Shown here piece by piece: positions 41,834 to 52,283 of a stretch of 64,000 nucleotides of DNA. This DNA comes from Cyanobacteria bacterium P01_A01_bin.123 (GTDB lineage Bacteria > Cyanobacteriota > Cyanobacteriia > Phormidesmidales > Phormidesmidaceae). The notes beneath the pieces are model-generated. The model was not told the origin of the DNA. It was given only the letters and a program-made list of their open reading frames with translations, and ran no database searches. Numbering within the stretch: the stretch's first letter is position 1; each line of letters starts with the position of its first letter. Position numbers and translations under genes: made by a program. The DNA lies in the NCBI GenBank assembly GCA_039815185.1, contig JBCBZT010000011.1:128474-192473 (forward strand), in the 5' to 3' direction.

Positions 41834-42925
41834 ATGACTTCCCAATTTCTTGCCACGGCTAGAGATGTAAAATGTGAGACGCTGGGCAGGCTGCGTGAAC
41901 CCCTGAGTCAAGTTTTTCCAGAACAAGTCAGGCTTGATTTTACCGTTGCGATCGCCACCTATAATGGCCAATACCGTTTGCCAGAAGTGTTGGAATGTCT
42001 GCGTTGGCAAATTAACCGCAATAAAATTGCCTGGGAAGTGATCGTGGTTGATAACAACAGCACTGACGATACAGCCCAGGTAGTGCGCGACTTTCAGGCA
42101 AAGTGGCCGCGTCCTGGGGGGCTGCGCTATGCCAGTGAAAAACGGCAGGGGGCTGGCTATGCGCGGCACCACGCGGTTCGCATTGCTCGCAGTCCGCTGA
42201 TTGGATTCTTGGATGACGATAATCTACCCTCAATGACTTGGGTTTATGCCGCCTACAAATTTGGGCTCGATCATCCTAAAGCTGGGGTTTATGGCAGCCG
42301 CATTCGGGGTGATTTTGAAATTAACCCCCCTCAGCACTTCGAGCGGATTTCAGCGTTTCTGGCATTGACAGAACGGGGCAACAAACCCCGTATTTATGAT
42401 CCAGCCCAAAAAATCTTGCCCCCATCTGCAGGTCTGGTGGTGCGGCGGCAAGCCTGGCTTGAAAACGTACCCGAAGATCAAGTGTTGATTGGGCGTGCTG
42501 GCCAAAGCATGTTGGGAGGCGAAGATTTAGAAGCAGTGCTGCATATGCAACGGGCGGGTTGGGAAGTTTGGTATAACGCTGCGATGCGCTTGTATCACAA
42601 AATCCCAGCCCGACGACTGAAGCGGGACTATCTGATCAGCCTATTTCGAGGAGCTGGCCTGAGTCGCCATCAGACTCGCATGTTAAGTGTATCTGCTTGG
42701 CAGCGCCCGGTGATGATGGTGGCTTATATGGCTAACGACATTCGCAAGATCGGGCGTCATTTGATCCGACATCGGCGCAAAGCTTTTACTGATGTCGTAG
42801 CGGCTTGCGAAATAACGCTTTACTTTTACAGCCTGATCAGTCCTTTTTTCCTTTGGCAGCGGGGTATCCGCCGAGCGTTACAGTCGCAATCGGGTTTGAG
42901 CAAACACCAGATAGCGGAAAGTTAA
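41834..42925 (+). CDS. hpsE: GT2 glycosyltransferase, HpsE-like
   Basis: FTVAI.TYNG..RLPEVL, VVDNNSTD, FLDDDN, GEDLE, GLSRH.TRML. Confidence 0.75.
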   Translation: MTSQFLATARDVKCETLGRLREPLSQVFPEQVRLDFTVAIATYNGQYRLPEVLECLRWQINRNKIAWEVIVVDNNSTDDTAQVVRDFQAKWPRPGGLRYASEKRQGAGYARHHAVRIARSPLIGFLDDDNLPSMTWVYAAYKFGLDHPKAGVYGSRIRGDFEINPPQHFERISAFLALTERGNKPRIYDPAQKILPPSAGLVVRRQAWLENVPEDQVLIGRAGQSMLGGEDLEAVLHMQRAGWEVWYNAAMRLYHKIPARRLKRDYLISLFRGAGLSRHQTRMLSVSAWQRPVMMVAYMANDIRKIGRHLIRHRRKAFTDVVAACEITLYFYSLISPFFLWQRGIRRALQSQSGLSKHQIAES

Positions 42926-43007
42926 CCGGCTGTTTGACAAGACGGTTCCTTGAGCTGTGGTGTAGCAGATACACTAGAGCCAGAATCGCCGAATATGGTG
43001 GATCAGG

Positions 43008-44303
43008 ATGTCACAAGATGCTTATCAGCAGGGATTAAGTCGGCTACAGGCAGGCGATCATGAGGGCGCCATTCAATCGTTCGATCGCGCCTTGAGACAA
43101 CAGCCAGGGTTTGCCGATGCGTTTTGGAGTCGGGCAAAGGCTCGCTTTGGGTTAGGCGATACTCGGGGGGCGATCGCAGACTATACCCAAGCATTGCAGT
43201 GTCGCCCTTCTCCAGAAGCGCACTTGGGACGAGCTTTGGTCAAGCTCTCTGTGGGTGAACCCCAGGCGGCGATCGCAGATGCCAACCAGGCTCTAACCCT
43301 AACTGCTGATTTACCCGCCGCCTACAATCTAATGGCTACGGCTTACCGCAAGTTGGGGCAGGTTGAACCCGCGATCGCGGCCTACAAGCAAGCCGCCCAA
43401 GGCTATATCAACCAAAAAGATAAAGCCAGTGCCCAGCGTTGTCTCAAGGCGATTGCCCAGCTTCAGCCGCCGGGCCAAGCCGCTGGTCAGCCATCAGCAG
43501 CTAGTGGCCTAATTGACCCAAATGACTTCTTTCAGCAAGCGGTGGACAAGCGAGAACGGGGTCACTACAGTGCCGCCCTAGCGGACTTTGATTGGATGAT
43601 CCAAGCCGACCCCAAAGATGCCCAGGCTTACTGTCAGCGAGGTCTGATCTGGGCCCAGTTGGGCAACGCCCAAAGCGCAATTAAAGATTTAGCCCAGGCG
43701 GTGCGGCTGGCTCCCACCGATCACCAAATTCAAGCCTACCGAGCCCAAGTCCGCTTGGCACTGGGGGATGCTCAGGGCGCGATCGCCGATTTGACCCATG
43801 TCCTAGACCTCTCAGGGGATAATGCCCAGTGGCTGATGCAGCGCGGCCAAGCTTTTCAAGCCGTTGGCGATTACCGTCGTGCCCTTGACGACTGTTCGCG
43901 GGCACTCCAACTCAAAGGGGACGAACCGACCCTCTATGAAACGCGGGGCAAGATTCGCCAAGATTTTGAAGACGGTGCGGGTGCGATCGCTGACTATCAG
44001 CACGCCGCCAACTTATGGTTTAACCAAGGCAACTGGAAGCGCTATCAAAAAGCCCTGGAAACCGTTAAACAGCTACAACAGCACTCTAAATCCTCAACCC
44101 CGCCCATCCCCCCGCCGGGACAACCCGATACCCCGTCTACCCCAACTCGTACCGAAGAGTTACGCCGTCAACTTCTCAGATTAGTTGGCGGTACCTGGCC
44201 CATGGCGGAAAGGCTACTGACGATCGCTCGCGATCGCCATCCTGGCCAGAATGAAGATTGGTACTTGAAGAAGGTGATCGCAGATTTAGAACGCGATCGG
44301 TAG
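43008..44303 (+). CDS. Tetratricopeptide repeat protein
   Basis: Two TPR blocks and C-terminal AERLL...WY..KVI.DLERDR motif. Confidence 0.88.
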   Translation: MSQDAYQQGLSRLQAGDHEGAIQSFDRALRQQPGFADAFWSRAKARFGLGDTRGAIADYTQALQCRPSPEAHLGRALVKLSVGEPQAAIADANQALTLTADLPAAYNLMATAYRKLGQVEPAIAAYKQAAQGYINQKDKASAQRCLKAIAQLQPPGQAAGQPSAASGLIDPNDFFQQAVDKRERGHYSAALADFDWMIQADPKDAQAYCQRGLIWAQLGNAQSAIKDLAQAVRLAPTDHQIQAYRAQVRLALGDAQGAIADLTHVLDLSGDNAQWLMQRGQAFQAVGDYRRALDDCSRALQLKGDEPTLYETRGKIRQDFEDGAGAIADYQHAANLWFNQGNWKRYQKALETVKQLQQHSKSSTPPIPPPGQPDTPSTPTRTEELRRQLLRLVGGTWPMAERLLTIARDRHPGQNEDWYLKKVIADLERDR

Positions 44304-44311
44304 ATTTCTTT

Positions 44312-44554
44312 TCACTCTCCACCAAACGCTGACGGTGGCCGATCACTACTCCACGCCCACCAAGGAGTGCCGCATTCGCAATCGTAGAACTCTTGCCATT
44401 TACGACGATGGCCTTCGGTATAGACTGGCGATCGCCGATTGATCCAGACCGCTTTGGCTTGCTGGCTGCTGGCTCCGCAAGTGGGGCAGCAAAACTGATG
44501 GGCGTGTTTAGCCGATGCAGTCCAGCCAGGGGGAACCAGAGAAAAGGCTTCCAT
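44312..44554 (-). CDS. Small Cys-rich (zinc-ribbon-like) conserved protein
   Basis: CCPTC...WINRRSPV...WQEFY.CECG..WWAWSSDRPP. Confidence 0.75.
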   Translation of the reverse strand: MEAFSLVPPGWTASAKHAHQFCCPTCGASSQQAKAVWINRRSPVYTEGHRRKWQEFYDCECGTPWWAWSSDRPPSAFGGE

Positions 44555-44780
44555 GCAGGATATCCGCTTAGGGTTATCCCTATTATGGTCTGTGCGGAGC
44601 AACCGCTACAAGATTGGGGACGGTTGTGCATGGGTGGAATTTTCTCAGCTGATGAGTGTTGATGAGTATGGTTGCTGCGTATCAAAGTTTTAAGCGCTAG
44701 GGATATTCGGCACTGCCTCAGATATGGTTATGACGACCACCGTTGGCTCAAGGATAAGTGGATAGCCGCGGTTCAGGGAG

Positions 44781-46211
44781 ATGTTTCGCGTGATACTCAA
44801 TTTCCTTTCATTTTTGGGCCTGTTTGGGCTATGTTTCTTTGCTTGGCTAGGCTCTGAAGATCGGCAGCGCATCCCCTGGAAGGTGATTATTTGGGGGATT
44901 GGGTTGCAGCTTGTGATTGGCGCATTGGTGTTTCTAGTGCCCATAACGCGGGATTCTGTCCTGGTGCTTAACAACCTGCTCAACAGCATTATTGATGCGT
45001 CAGAAGAAGGGGCAAGATTTTTGTTTGGGCCGCTCTTTGTGCCCGACACCGCTACAGGCCCAGCAGGGCCAATCGCTGCAGGGCGGTGGCTGGCCCGAGC
45101 CTTGACCCCGGCTTTTACACCCGTTCCCGGTGATACCCTCGGGGTCAGCAACCTAAATATCGGTTATGTGTTTGCGTTTCGGTCGCTGCCTCAGATCATC
45201 TTTTTCGCAGCGCTGATCGCTTTACTCTACAACCTCAACATCATTCAGCCGATTGTACGGCTGTTTGCCAAAGCTTTTCGCTGGGCGATGGGCATTAGCG
45301 GTGCAGAGTCTTTGGCCGGCGCTGCCAATATCTTCGTAGGCATCGAGTCTGCGATCGCGATTAAGCCTTTTCTGGCGAGTATGACCCGCAGCGAGCTGTG
45401 TGCCATTTTGTCCTCTTGCTTTGGCTCCATTGCTTCAACGGTATTGGCCCTCTACGCTGGCTTTTTGCGCCCCACTTTTCCGGCGATCACGGGGCACCTC
45501 ATGGCCGCTTCTATTCTGACCATCCCAGCCGCCTTCGTAATGTCGAAAATTTTGGTACCGGAGACAGAGGTGCCCAAAACCCTAGGACAGGTGCCAGAGG
45601 AAGAAGAAGCGGCTGAAGAAGATCGGAAAAACCCCATGGATGCGCTGATTGTAGGGGCATTGGATGGGGTCAAAATGGCTGTGGGGATCACGGCGGTGAT
45701 CGTCGCCATTTTAGGATTGATTGCCCTGCTTAATTTAGTTTTTGCCAGTCTGGCCGGATTAGCCAATAGCAACATCGCGGCCCTCCGGGTGATTGGTAAT
45801 TTCTTTGAGGTAGTGACCCTGCAAAATATTATGGGGGCCCTATTTTTGCCCCTGACGATCATGACCGGGGTGTCCGACAACTGGCCGGAATTATGGGCTG
45901 CTTCCCAGATCATCGGGCGACGATTACTTGAAACGGCCATCCCGCCTTATCTGACGCTGGCCTCCCTATCTGCTGAAGGGGCCATTAGCGATCGCACAAT
46001 GGTGATTGTCAGCTATGCACTATGCGGCTTTGCCCATATTCCCTCCGTCGGTATTTTTGTGGGGGGTCTATCTGGTCTGGTGCCCTCTCGCCGCAAGGAC
46101 ATTAGTGAAATCGGGTGGAAAGCGCTGTGGGCGGGTACCCTCGCAACGTTGATGACGGGTTGTATTGCCGGTCTGTACTTTTACGAAGGAACGAATGTCT
46201 TGGGGCAGTAG
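44781..46211 (+). CDS. NupC/CNT-family nucleoside transporter
   Basis: WGIGLQL, SGAESL..AANIFVG, YALCGFAH. Confidence 0.92.
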   Translation: MFRVILNFLSFLGLFGLCFFAWLGSEDRQRIPWKVIIWGIGLQLVIGALVFLVPITRDSVLVLNNLLNSIIDASEEGARFLFGPLFVPDTATGPAGPIAAGRWLARALTPAFTPVPGDTLGVSNLNIGYVFAFRSLPQIIFFAALIALLYNLNIIQPIVRLFAKAFRWAMGISGAESLAGAANIFVGIESAIAIKPFLASMTRSELCAILSSCFGSIASTVLALYAGFLRPTFPAITGHLMAASILTIPAAFVMSKILVPETEVPKTLGQVPEEEEAAEEDRKNPMDALIVGALDGVKMAVGITAVIVAILGLIALLNLVFASLAGLANSNIAALRVIGNFFEVVTLQNIMGALFLPLTIMTGVSDNWPELWAASQIIGRRLLETAIPPYLTLASLSAEGAISDRTMVIVSYALCGFAHIPSVGIFVGGLSGLVPSRRKDISEIGWKALWAGTLATLMTGCIAGLYFYEGTNVLGQ

Positions 46212-46329
46212 TCTATCAGTAATTCTGGGTATTTTTGGACGGTTAGCGTTTCAACCTCCGGATCAGGCGTTTGGCGCGTGGACTTTTAACTAAGTCACGT
46301 CACTACTTGGTACGCCTTAGTCATTTGCC

Positions 46330-46578
46330 ATGCCGTTTCAGGACATCCGTTTTCCCAATAATGTTTTACTAACCCGCCAACTCTCGGCTCGATATCTCAG
46401 AGATCTGACTCAAGTTGGTGCGGATACCTATCATGCGCAAATTGCCAGCGCAGCACTGGCCCGCTTGTTTTGCGAAAGTATTCCACCTAATTCGCTACAG
46501 CAGCGATCGATTAGCTGCTGTGAAGAGGCGATCTGGCTGGCTGGCTTAAAGGTTGGTGAACTGATCACCCTGGCGTAG
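46330..46578 (+). CDS. Hypothetical protein
   Basis: 82-aa ORF in the gap between co-oriented genes; no motif recognised. Confidence 0.35.
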   Translation: MPFQDIRFPNNVLLTRQLSARYLRDLTQVGADTYHAQIASAALARLFCESIPPNSLQQRSISCCEEAIWLAGLKVGELITLA

Positions 46579-46669
46579 TACGAAGAAATCGTGACCCTAG
46601 TTCTATAAATAGTTACACCGCTTTACAGAAAAAGATAAAGTAAAAATAAAATTAGCGGTAATTGAATCT

Positions 46670-47497
46670 GTGGTTCCTTCTTCTTTGCTCCAACCCGTTG
46701 AACGCCTGAGTAAGTTACCTCTCCAAACCATTTTGGAAGATAGCTTGACAATCTTCTGGGGAGACTGGTTGGATTTGCGCGTACGCATCCCCCAAGTCGC
46801 TGCATCGGGGCTGATTTCACCCCTGATTTACATTCTGGCTTTTGGGTTAGGGCTAGGTAGCTCCATTGATCGCGTTACTGAACCCAGCGCAGGTAGCAAC
46901 TATCTAGAGTTCATCTTGCCGGGAATGGTGGCGCTATCGTCGATGGTGATTAGCTTTGGCGGTACGACGTTTTCAATCTGCGGCGATCGCTTGTTTACCA
47001 AAACCTTCGAAGAAATGCTGCTGTTTCCGGTGCATCCCTTGGCACTACACCTGGGCAAAATGCTGGCGGGCATCGTCCGGGGCATGATGACGGCAGCGTC
47101 GGTGATCGTGGTGGCAATTCTGTTTACCGGAAATCTCTGGAGTTTCCTCAATCCCTTATTTTTGCTGCTGCTGGTGCTCAACTGTGCCGTGTTTGCTGGG
47201 CTGGGGGTGATTGTCGGCCTCAACGTCAAATCCCTGGAAAGTGTGGGTTTGTTTAACAACTTTTTGATTGTGCCGATGTCGTTTTTAGGGGCAACCTTTT
47301 TTGACCCGGCGACATTGCCCATAGCGCTTAAAGCGATTGTCTACCTGCTACCGCTAACCTACACCACAGTCGGCTTGAGAGCCGCCGCCTACCAACCGTT
47401 GACTGAGTTTCCCTGGTACTCAATTCCAATTTTGATCGGGGTAGCGGTTGTTCTTTCAGGGATTGGGGCTTACCAGTTTGCCCATCAGCAGGATTAA
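46670..47497 (+). CDS. ABC-2 type transporter permease
   Basis: ISPLIYILAFGLG, YLEFILPG, VPMSFLGATFF, LPLTY. Confidence 0.88.
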   Translation: MVPSSLLQPVERLSKLPLQTILEDSLTIFWGDWLDLRVRIPQVAASGLISPLIYILAFGLGLGSSIDRVTEPSAGSNYLEFILPGMVALSSMVISFGGTTFSICGDRLFTKTFEEMLLFPVHPLALHLGKMLAGIVRGMMTAASVIVVAILFTGNLWSFLNPLFLLLLVLNCAVFAGLGVIVGLNVKSLESVGLFNNFLIVPMSFLGATFFDPATLPIALKAIVYLLPLTYTTVGLRAAAYQPLTEFPWYSIPILIGVAVVLSGIGAYQFAHQQD

Positions 47498-47520
47498 TCC
47501 CCATTCGATTTGAAACCTGG

Positions 47521-47550
47521 CGTAGGGGCGAGAGGCCCCTCGCCCCTACG
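47521..47550. repeat. GTAG-type REP-like palindrome between convergent genes
   Basis: CGTAGGGGCGAG-aggccc-CTCGCCCCTACG, perfect 12-bp stem. Confidence 0.8.
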
Positions 47551-47588
47551 AAGGAAAAACTGTGGCTCTGGATAGGGCAAGGGCTCGA

Positions 47589-49835
47589 TCAAAACATTCC
47601 CGCTTCAAGCATGAGGGCTTCCTGGAGGTGTTGGTTAAGCTGCGCTGCCCCGTCAGGGGAATGGTTAATGGCAACGTACCCCAACAGGGTGTCAAAGAAG
47701 AAGGCGTTCCAAGCTTTTGGTAAGGGACAGACGCGCTCATTTTGCATCAGAACCACCTGGTTAGCGTAGGGGCCATCAGACTGCCACTGGAATTGAGCGG
47801 CGGGATGGAGCGCGATCGCGTCAATTTTGGCATCCGTTGGACAGCCTCCAGAGGGAGGGTTTCCTGCGGTCTGCGCTGTCTGAACCGTAAGTTGTGCGGG
47901 ACTATCAAAGGGCTGAAACCAGACGCGATAATCGTGAGACTGAATACCTAAACGGGTGCCTTCAACATTGATGCCCTCGGGGCCAACCAAAAAGAGCAAA
48001 TCCTGTCGAAACTGCTGACTGGGAAAGGCGATCGCAGAAATGCTCTCCGGTAAGTTTGCAGGTTCAACCCCCGCAGCGACGAGGGCACCAAAGACTAGAA
48101 TTTGCTGCAACCCGTCAACATCCCAGGTGGTAATCATGCCAGCCGCCAGCGCTTCTTGGTATAGGCGGGCAAAGGCTCTGAGTCTGGGGGCTGACGCAAC
48201 ATCGATAGCAATCAGCTCCTGCACATTCAAATGTTCTGCGCCGTAGCGTCGCAAAGCCGCTTGAGTACCGCCATAAACCGATATGTCTGGCGCTTCTCGC
48301 AGGTAAATCGCCACGGTTCGCCTAAAAGCCTGATAGCGGGGGTCAGCCGGGTCAGCCGGCATGAACGCAGCATCGATCAGTGACGCCAAGTGAGCCTGAA
48401 AGCCAACCGCGTGCTTTAGGGTGGCACTCACGCCAATATCGTGCCCTTCGTTGATCATGGCGGTGTAGAGTTGCTCTAGCAAATCAGCGCCTTGGTCAGC
48501 GATCTGTTTATACTCTCCAACCGATTGTTCAATGGCCTGAAACTCAGGGGCATATCCAGGTGCAAGGTTGGCTAAGTGCGGCCAAAACCTGGGTGTGAAG
48601 GCATAGTCTTTCAGAACGGCAAAAATTACCCGGTCATAGGCAGGATTGGATGAATCCTTCAGCAGATTCAGCAGCAGTTGCCTTGCATAGGGATAGGTGG
48701 CTGCGGGGCTAAAGCCCGCTTTCTCAGTTCTCGACACCAGGATAGAAATGGTGTTGCTGCCGTTTAACTGGGCCGCTTCGGCAGGCAATAGGTAATACCC
48801 CAGGCCAAATGTATCCCAATCTGCTCGGGACAGATTGATTAGCGTATCCCCCAGTTCTTGGGTATGGGCCACTGATAGCGTGTGGAGTTGTTCCAGAATT
48901 TGACTGCGTAAGCGCTGTTTTTCTTGTTCATTGAGCACAACTTGCTGGGCTAATTGGGTGATTCCTGCAGAGTAAATATCTGGCATTTGAAACTGCACAA
49001 TGCCGAGCGCGTGGGCGATCGCGCCCTCTTCTGCTCCGTAGGTGGCATTCGGCAGTTTGGCAATCACTTCTGGAATGCTCGTGAGGCGACGGCGATCTAG
49101 AGAGGCATCTTTGCGCCGATATCTCAAATGGGTTAACAAACCATACTGCACGAGATTGTCAGTCCATCCCTGGCGCCCGATCCATCGTCTCAATGCCAAC
49201 TGCTGGGTAGACAACGCTTGCTCCCGCTCCCAAAAGGAACCGACTTCGCCTGTGCCTTGAATGATCGGTGTGGCATCGTTCGTTCTGAGCAGTGGATCTT
49301 GCAGCGTCAGGAGGGCGTGGTCTAGCATCCACAAAGATTCGCCGGGATCTAGGCCAACAGCTAAGCTTGATTCAACGTAGATGGGAATAAAGTAATCTAC
49401 AAAAAATCGATCGGTGTTGAAGGTGTTGCCTTCGACATATTCAGTGAGTTTGCCGCGTTCCAAATCCGCCGCGATCGCAGTCACATAAGGGCTCCCCTGC
49501 AGCAGCCAAAAAAATTTCTCATCCATACCGGGCGCGATCGCCGTGGGGAATTGAGTTCGTCCTTGTACAAATGCCTCATATGACAGGGGCGGAATGACAG
49601 TGCCATCGCTCAAGATGAACCAGGTTCCTTGTTTGCCAAAGCGATAGGTTGCCCCCTCAATCAGCCCGATTTTTTCACGCATGGGTAGCCCGCGTGTGCT
49701 GAGTTTGACCGCTTGATTGAAGAGAAATTCTCTGCCCAAAATTCCTGCCAGAATTAAGGCAGCGCAGCTCAGCAAACCGTAACGCAGTTTCCAAAATGCT
49801 TTCACGCTGCCTATGCTATCCAACCCAGGCAGCAT
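47589..49835 (-). CDS. Large hypothetical protein with N-terminal TM anchor
   Basis: 748-aa ORF, hydrophobic YGLLSCAALILAGIL; no family recognised. Confidence 0.75.
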   Translation of the reverse strand: MLPGLDSIGSVKAFWKLRYGLLSCAALILAGILGREFLFNQAVKLSTRGLPMREKIGLIEGATYRFGKQGTWFILSDGTVIPPLSYEAFVQGRTQFPTAIAPGMDEKFFWLLQGSPYVTAIAADLERGKLTEYVEGNTFNTDRFFVDYFIPIYVESSLAVGLDPGESLWMLDHALLTLQDPLLRTNDATPIIQGTGEVGSFWEREQALSTQQLALRRWIGRQGWTDNLVQYGLLTHLRYRRKDASLDRRRLTSIPEVIAKLPNATYGAEEGAIAHALGIVQFQMPDIYSAGITQLAQQVVLNEQEKQRLRSQILEQLHTLSVAHTQELGDTLINLSRADWDTFGLGYYLLPAEAAQLNGSNTISILVSRTEKAGFSPAATYPYARQLLLNLLKDSSNPAYDRVIFAVLKDYAFTPRFWPHLANLAPGYAPEFQAIEQSVGEYKQIADQGADLLEQLYTAMINEGHDIGVSATLKHAVGFQAHLASLIDAAFMPADPADPRYQAFRRTVAIYLREAPDISVYGGTQAALRRYGAEHLNVQELIAIDVASAPRLRAFARLYQEALAAGMITTWDVDGLQQILVFGALVAAGVEPANLPESISAIAFPSQQFRQDLLFLVGPEGINVEGTRLGIQSHDYRVWFQPFDSPAQLTVQTAQTAGNPPSGGCPTDAKIDAIALHPAAQFQWQSDGPYANQVVLMQNERVCPLPKAWNAFFFDTLLGYVAINHSPDGAAQLNQHLQEALMLEAGMF

Positions 49836-50029
49836 TGGACGAAAATTGTCGGTTCAATTCCCGTGAAGGTTTGGCTGGTTCTGTCGTGAGGTCAAATTGT
49901 GGATTGGATGACGACTTAACCGCATTCCCATCCAGATCCACAGTTTTTTCTCAAGCTAGAACTCCAGGTTTCAAATCGGATGGGGTTTAGACTATGGGCA
50001 GGACTGTCTAAAGTGATCGAGGAGCAATC

Positions 50030-50689
50030 ATGTTTGCGGTTGTCTCACCTGAAACCATCCAATTACCAGCCGGGGCAGTGGTGCGACTCCCCGCCAATTG
50101 GCAGGAGTATCAGCAGTTATGTCAGCAACGGGGCGATCGCGCTATTCCTCGAATTAAGTTTCGCCCCGGAGAAGTGTTGTTAATGTCTCCACTAGCCAAA
50201 CATGGACGAGACGCCAGCTTGATTGCAGATGTGATCAAAGTTCTCTTAGATCATACGGAACGCGAATACGATTCCTTTACACCAGTGACGATGGCTTTGC
50301 CAGAGGAAAGCGGTATCGAGCCCGACTATTGCTTTTATATTGACCATTGGCCAGCGGTTTCTGGTAAGGAACGCATTGATTGGGAAACGGATCCACCCCC
50401 TGATCTGGTGCTAGAAATTGATGTCACAAGTTTCTCAGATGTGAACGATTATCTCCCCTATCAGGTGCCCGAAATTTGGTTGTTTCGTAGACAGCAATTA
50501 TGGGTTTACCAGCTACAGGGTGATGAATACATTGCCCAAAACCAAAGTCGATATTTCCCAGATATTGATCTACCCGATGTGATTACTCGATGTTTGCAGG
50601 TGACCTACGAGCGCAATACCAGTGCCGCTATTCGGGATCTAAAGCAGCGACTGAGTGCTGAAATTTATGGGGATAGGGACGGGAATTAG
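50030..50689 (+). CDS. Uma2-family (PD-(D/E)XK-like) endonuclease
   Basis: W.EY, GIEPDYCFY, PPPDLVLEID, Y.VPEIW; SD GAGGAG. Confidence 0.92.
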   Translation: MFAVVSPETIQLPAGAVVRLPANWQEYQQLCQQRGDRAIPRIKFRPGEVLLMSPLAKHGRDASLIADVIKVLLDHTEREYDSFTPVTMALPEESGIEPDYCFYIDHWPAVSGKERIDWETDPPPDLVLEIDVTSFSDVNDYLPYQVPEIWLFRRQQLWVYQLQGDEYIAQNQSRYFPDIDLPDVITRCLQVTYERNTSAAIRDLKQRLSAEIYGDRDGN

Positions 50690-50750
50690 TTCGTCAAGTG
50701 TTCATATTTGTTGTCCCATTTTTTGCTTGGATTTAGAAAGAACACTGGTA

Positions 50751-51560
50751 ATGTCTATGCAACTCAACCTCACCCTTTTTCCCTACCTTGAACCGCTGCT
50801 GCACGTTCATGAGCAAGACAACCAACAACCCGATAACCTCTGTGGCCCCTACTGGATATCTCTACTCCTCCAAGCCTACGGCAACCTTTCAGTTTCAGCC
50901 GTCGAAGTCGCCCTCAAGGCCTCCACCATTCTTCCCAGCCACGGTGACCCCGCCGACTGGATCCCGCCAAGTGCAACCTCACATCTTGGCCCAGGCTACG
51001 ATCGCATCCCGACCGTCTCCGATATCGCAGCCTGCGGCACCTCAATCACTGGCCTGATTCAAGCTACTGAGCAGTTGAGCCAAGGCCGATTTTGTCTGCT
51101 GCCGCTGCAATCCAACACCTGGATAGGTGCGCTGACCGCTGTGTGGCACCTCTGCCACACTCACCCTGAGTGGCAAGTCGTCCCGCTGCTCAATCCCCAC
51201 ACCAGCTATTTTTTGGGTTCCACCTTAACCCCGCGACAACTGTTCAACAACCTCGAAAGTAGCGCCATTGCATCCCCACCCCCCAACTGGAGCGTCGGCC
51301 ATTTCGCCCTGCTGATCGGCCAACTCCAAGGCAACGCTAACTCGCTCTACGCCCTCCTTGATACCTATCCCCACTTTGGTTGGAACGGTATCCATCTCCA
51401 GCCCCCTAACGCGCTTGTCCAATCCCTCCAACGGCCCAACCAAGATACCCAGGGCGGTATTGCATTATTTGTGGCTTCAGAGCTGCGATCGCGCCTCGAA
51501 CCCCTACTCGAAAACCACACCCTAAAAATCAAACCCTGGGACAACGGCACTCCCACCTGA
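50751..51560 (+). CDS. Hypothetical protein, possible papain-like Cys peptidase fold (DUF6885-like)
   Basis: Q.PDNLCGPYW, W.VGHF, LLDTYP.FGW.G. Confidence 0.6.
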   Translation: MSMQLNLTLFPYLEPLLHVHEQDNQQPDNLCGPYWISLLLQAYGNLSVSAVEVALKASTILPSHGDPADWIPPSATSHLGPGYDRIPTVSDIAACGTSITGLIQATEQLSQGRFCLLPLQSNTWIGALTAVWHLCHTHPEWQVVPLLNPHTSYFLGSTLTPRQLFNNLESSAIASPPPNWSVGHFALLIGQLQGNANSLYALLDTYPHFGWNGIHLQPPNALVQSLQRPNQDTQGGIALFVASELRSRLEPLLENHTLKIKPWDNGTPT

Positions 51561-51632
51561 AACCCGCTCCCCTAGGGTTGATTCTCCAAGGAAATGAAGG
51601 TCACCGCAGCAGCATCGACAATCGTTTCCATT

Positions 51633-51681
51633 GGGTCAAGGATGTGATGCAGCAAGCGGATGCTTCCGCCATCCTTGACCC
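51633..51681. repeat. Inverted repeat between convergent genes
   Basis: GGGTCAAGGATG...CATCCTTGACCC with inner hairpin GCGGA-tgct-TCCGC. Confidence 0.65.
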
Positions 51682-51740
51682 CAAACCCGCCGCGTTGAAG
51701 GCTCTGCTAGTTAACTGAACAGCATTGAGGTAGAACCGAC

Positions 51741-52199
51741 TTATCCCATCAGCTTGGCTTTGACCATTTCTTGCACTTTTTTACCGTCGGCTTTGCCTTT
51801 CATCTCTTGCATGGCTGGCCCCATCACTTTGCCCATATCTTTGGGAGAGCTGGCCCCTACTTTGGCAATGATGGCATCGATGGCGGTAGCAACTTCTTCA
51901 TCAGTGAGTTGCTTGGGTAGATACTCTTCAATGATGGCGAGTTCTGTCGCTTCTGACTCGGCGAGTTCGTCCCGTCCAGCCTGTTTGTATTGCTGAATAG
52001 AATCGCGCCGCTGTTTGGCTAGCATGGTCAGTACTTCTAGCTCTTGCGCTTCGGTTAAGGCATCTTGACCGCTGGGGCGCACGGCGGTTTCTTTTTCTAG
52101 GATGACTTTTTTAATGCTGCGCACGGTTTCGAGCCGCACTTTGTCTTTGGCCTTCATGGCCGTTTTGATGTCGTCGCTGATAGTGTCTTTGAGGCTCAT
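51741..52199 (-). CDS. GatB/YqeY domain protein
   Basis: MSLKD.I..DIK.AMKAKDK.RL, KQRRDSI.QY, YLP.QL, DMGKVM. Confidence 0.93.
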   Translation of the reverse strand: MSLKDTISDDIKTAMKAKDKVRLETVRSIKKVILEKETAVRPSGQDALTEAQELEVLTMLAKQRRDSIQQYKQAGRDELAESEATELAIIEEYLPKQLTDEEVATAIDAIIAKVGASSPKDMGKVMGPAMQEMKGKADGKKVQEMVKAKLMG

Positions 52200-52283
52200 G
52201 GTGGGTTTTGGGGCGTGTTCTTCGATGGTTCTATGCTACACCGTGGTTTGAGAGTCTAAAGAAGGTAATTGGTTCGTCGAAAG

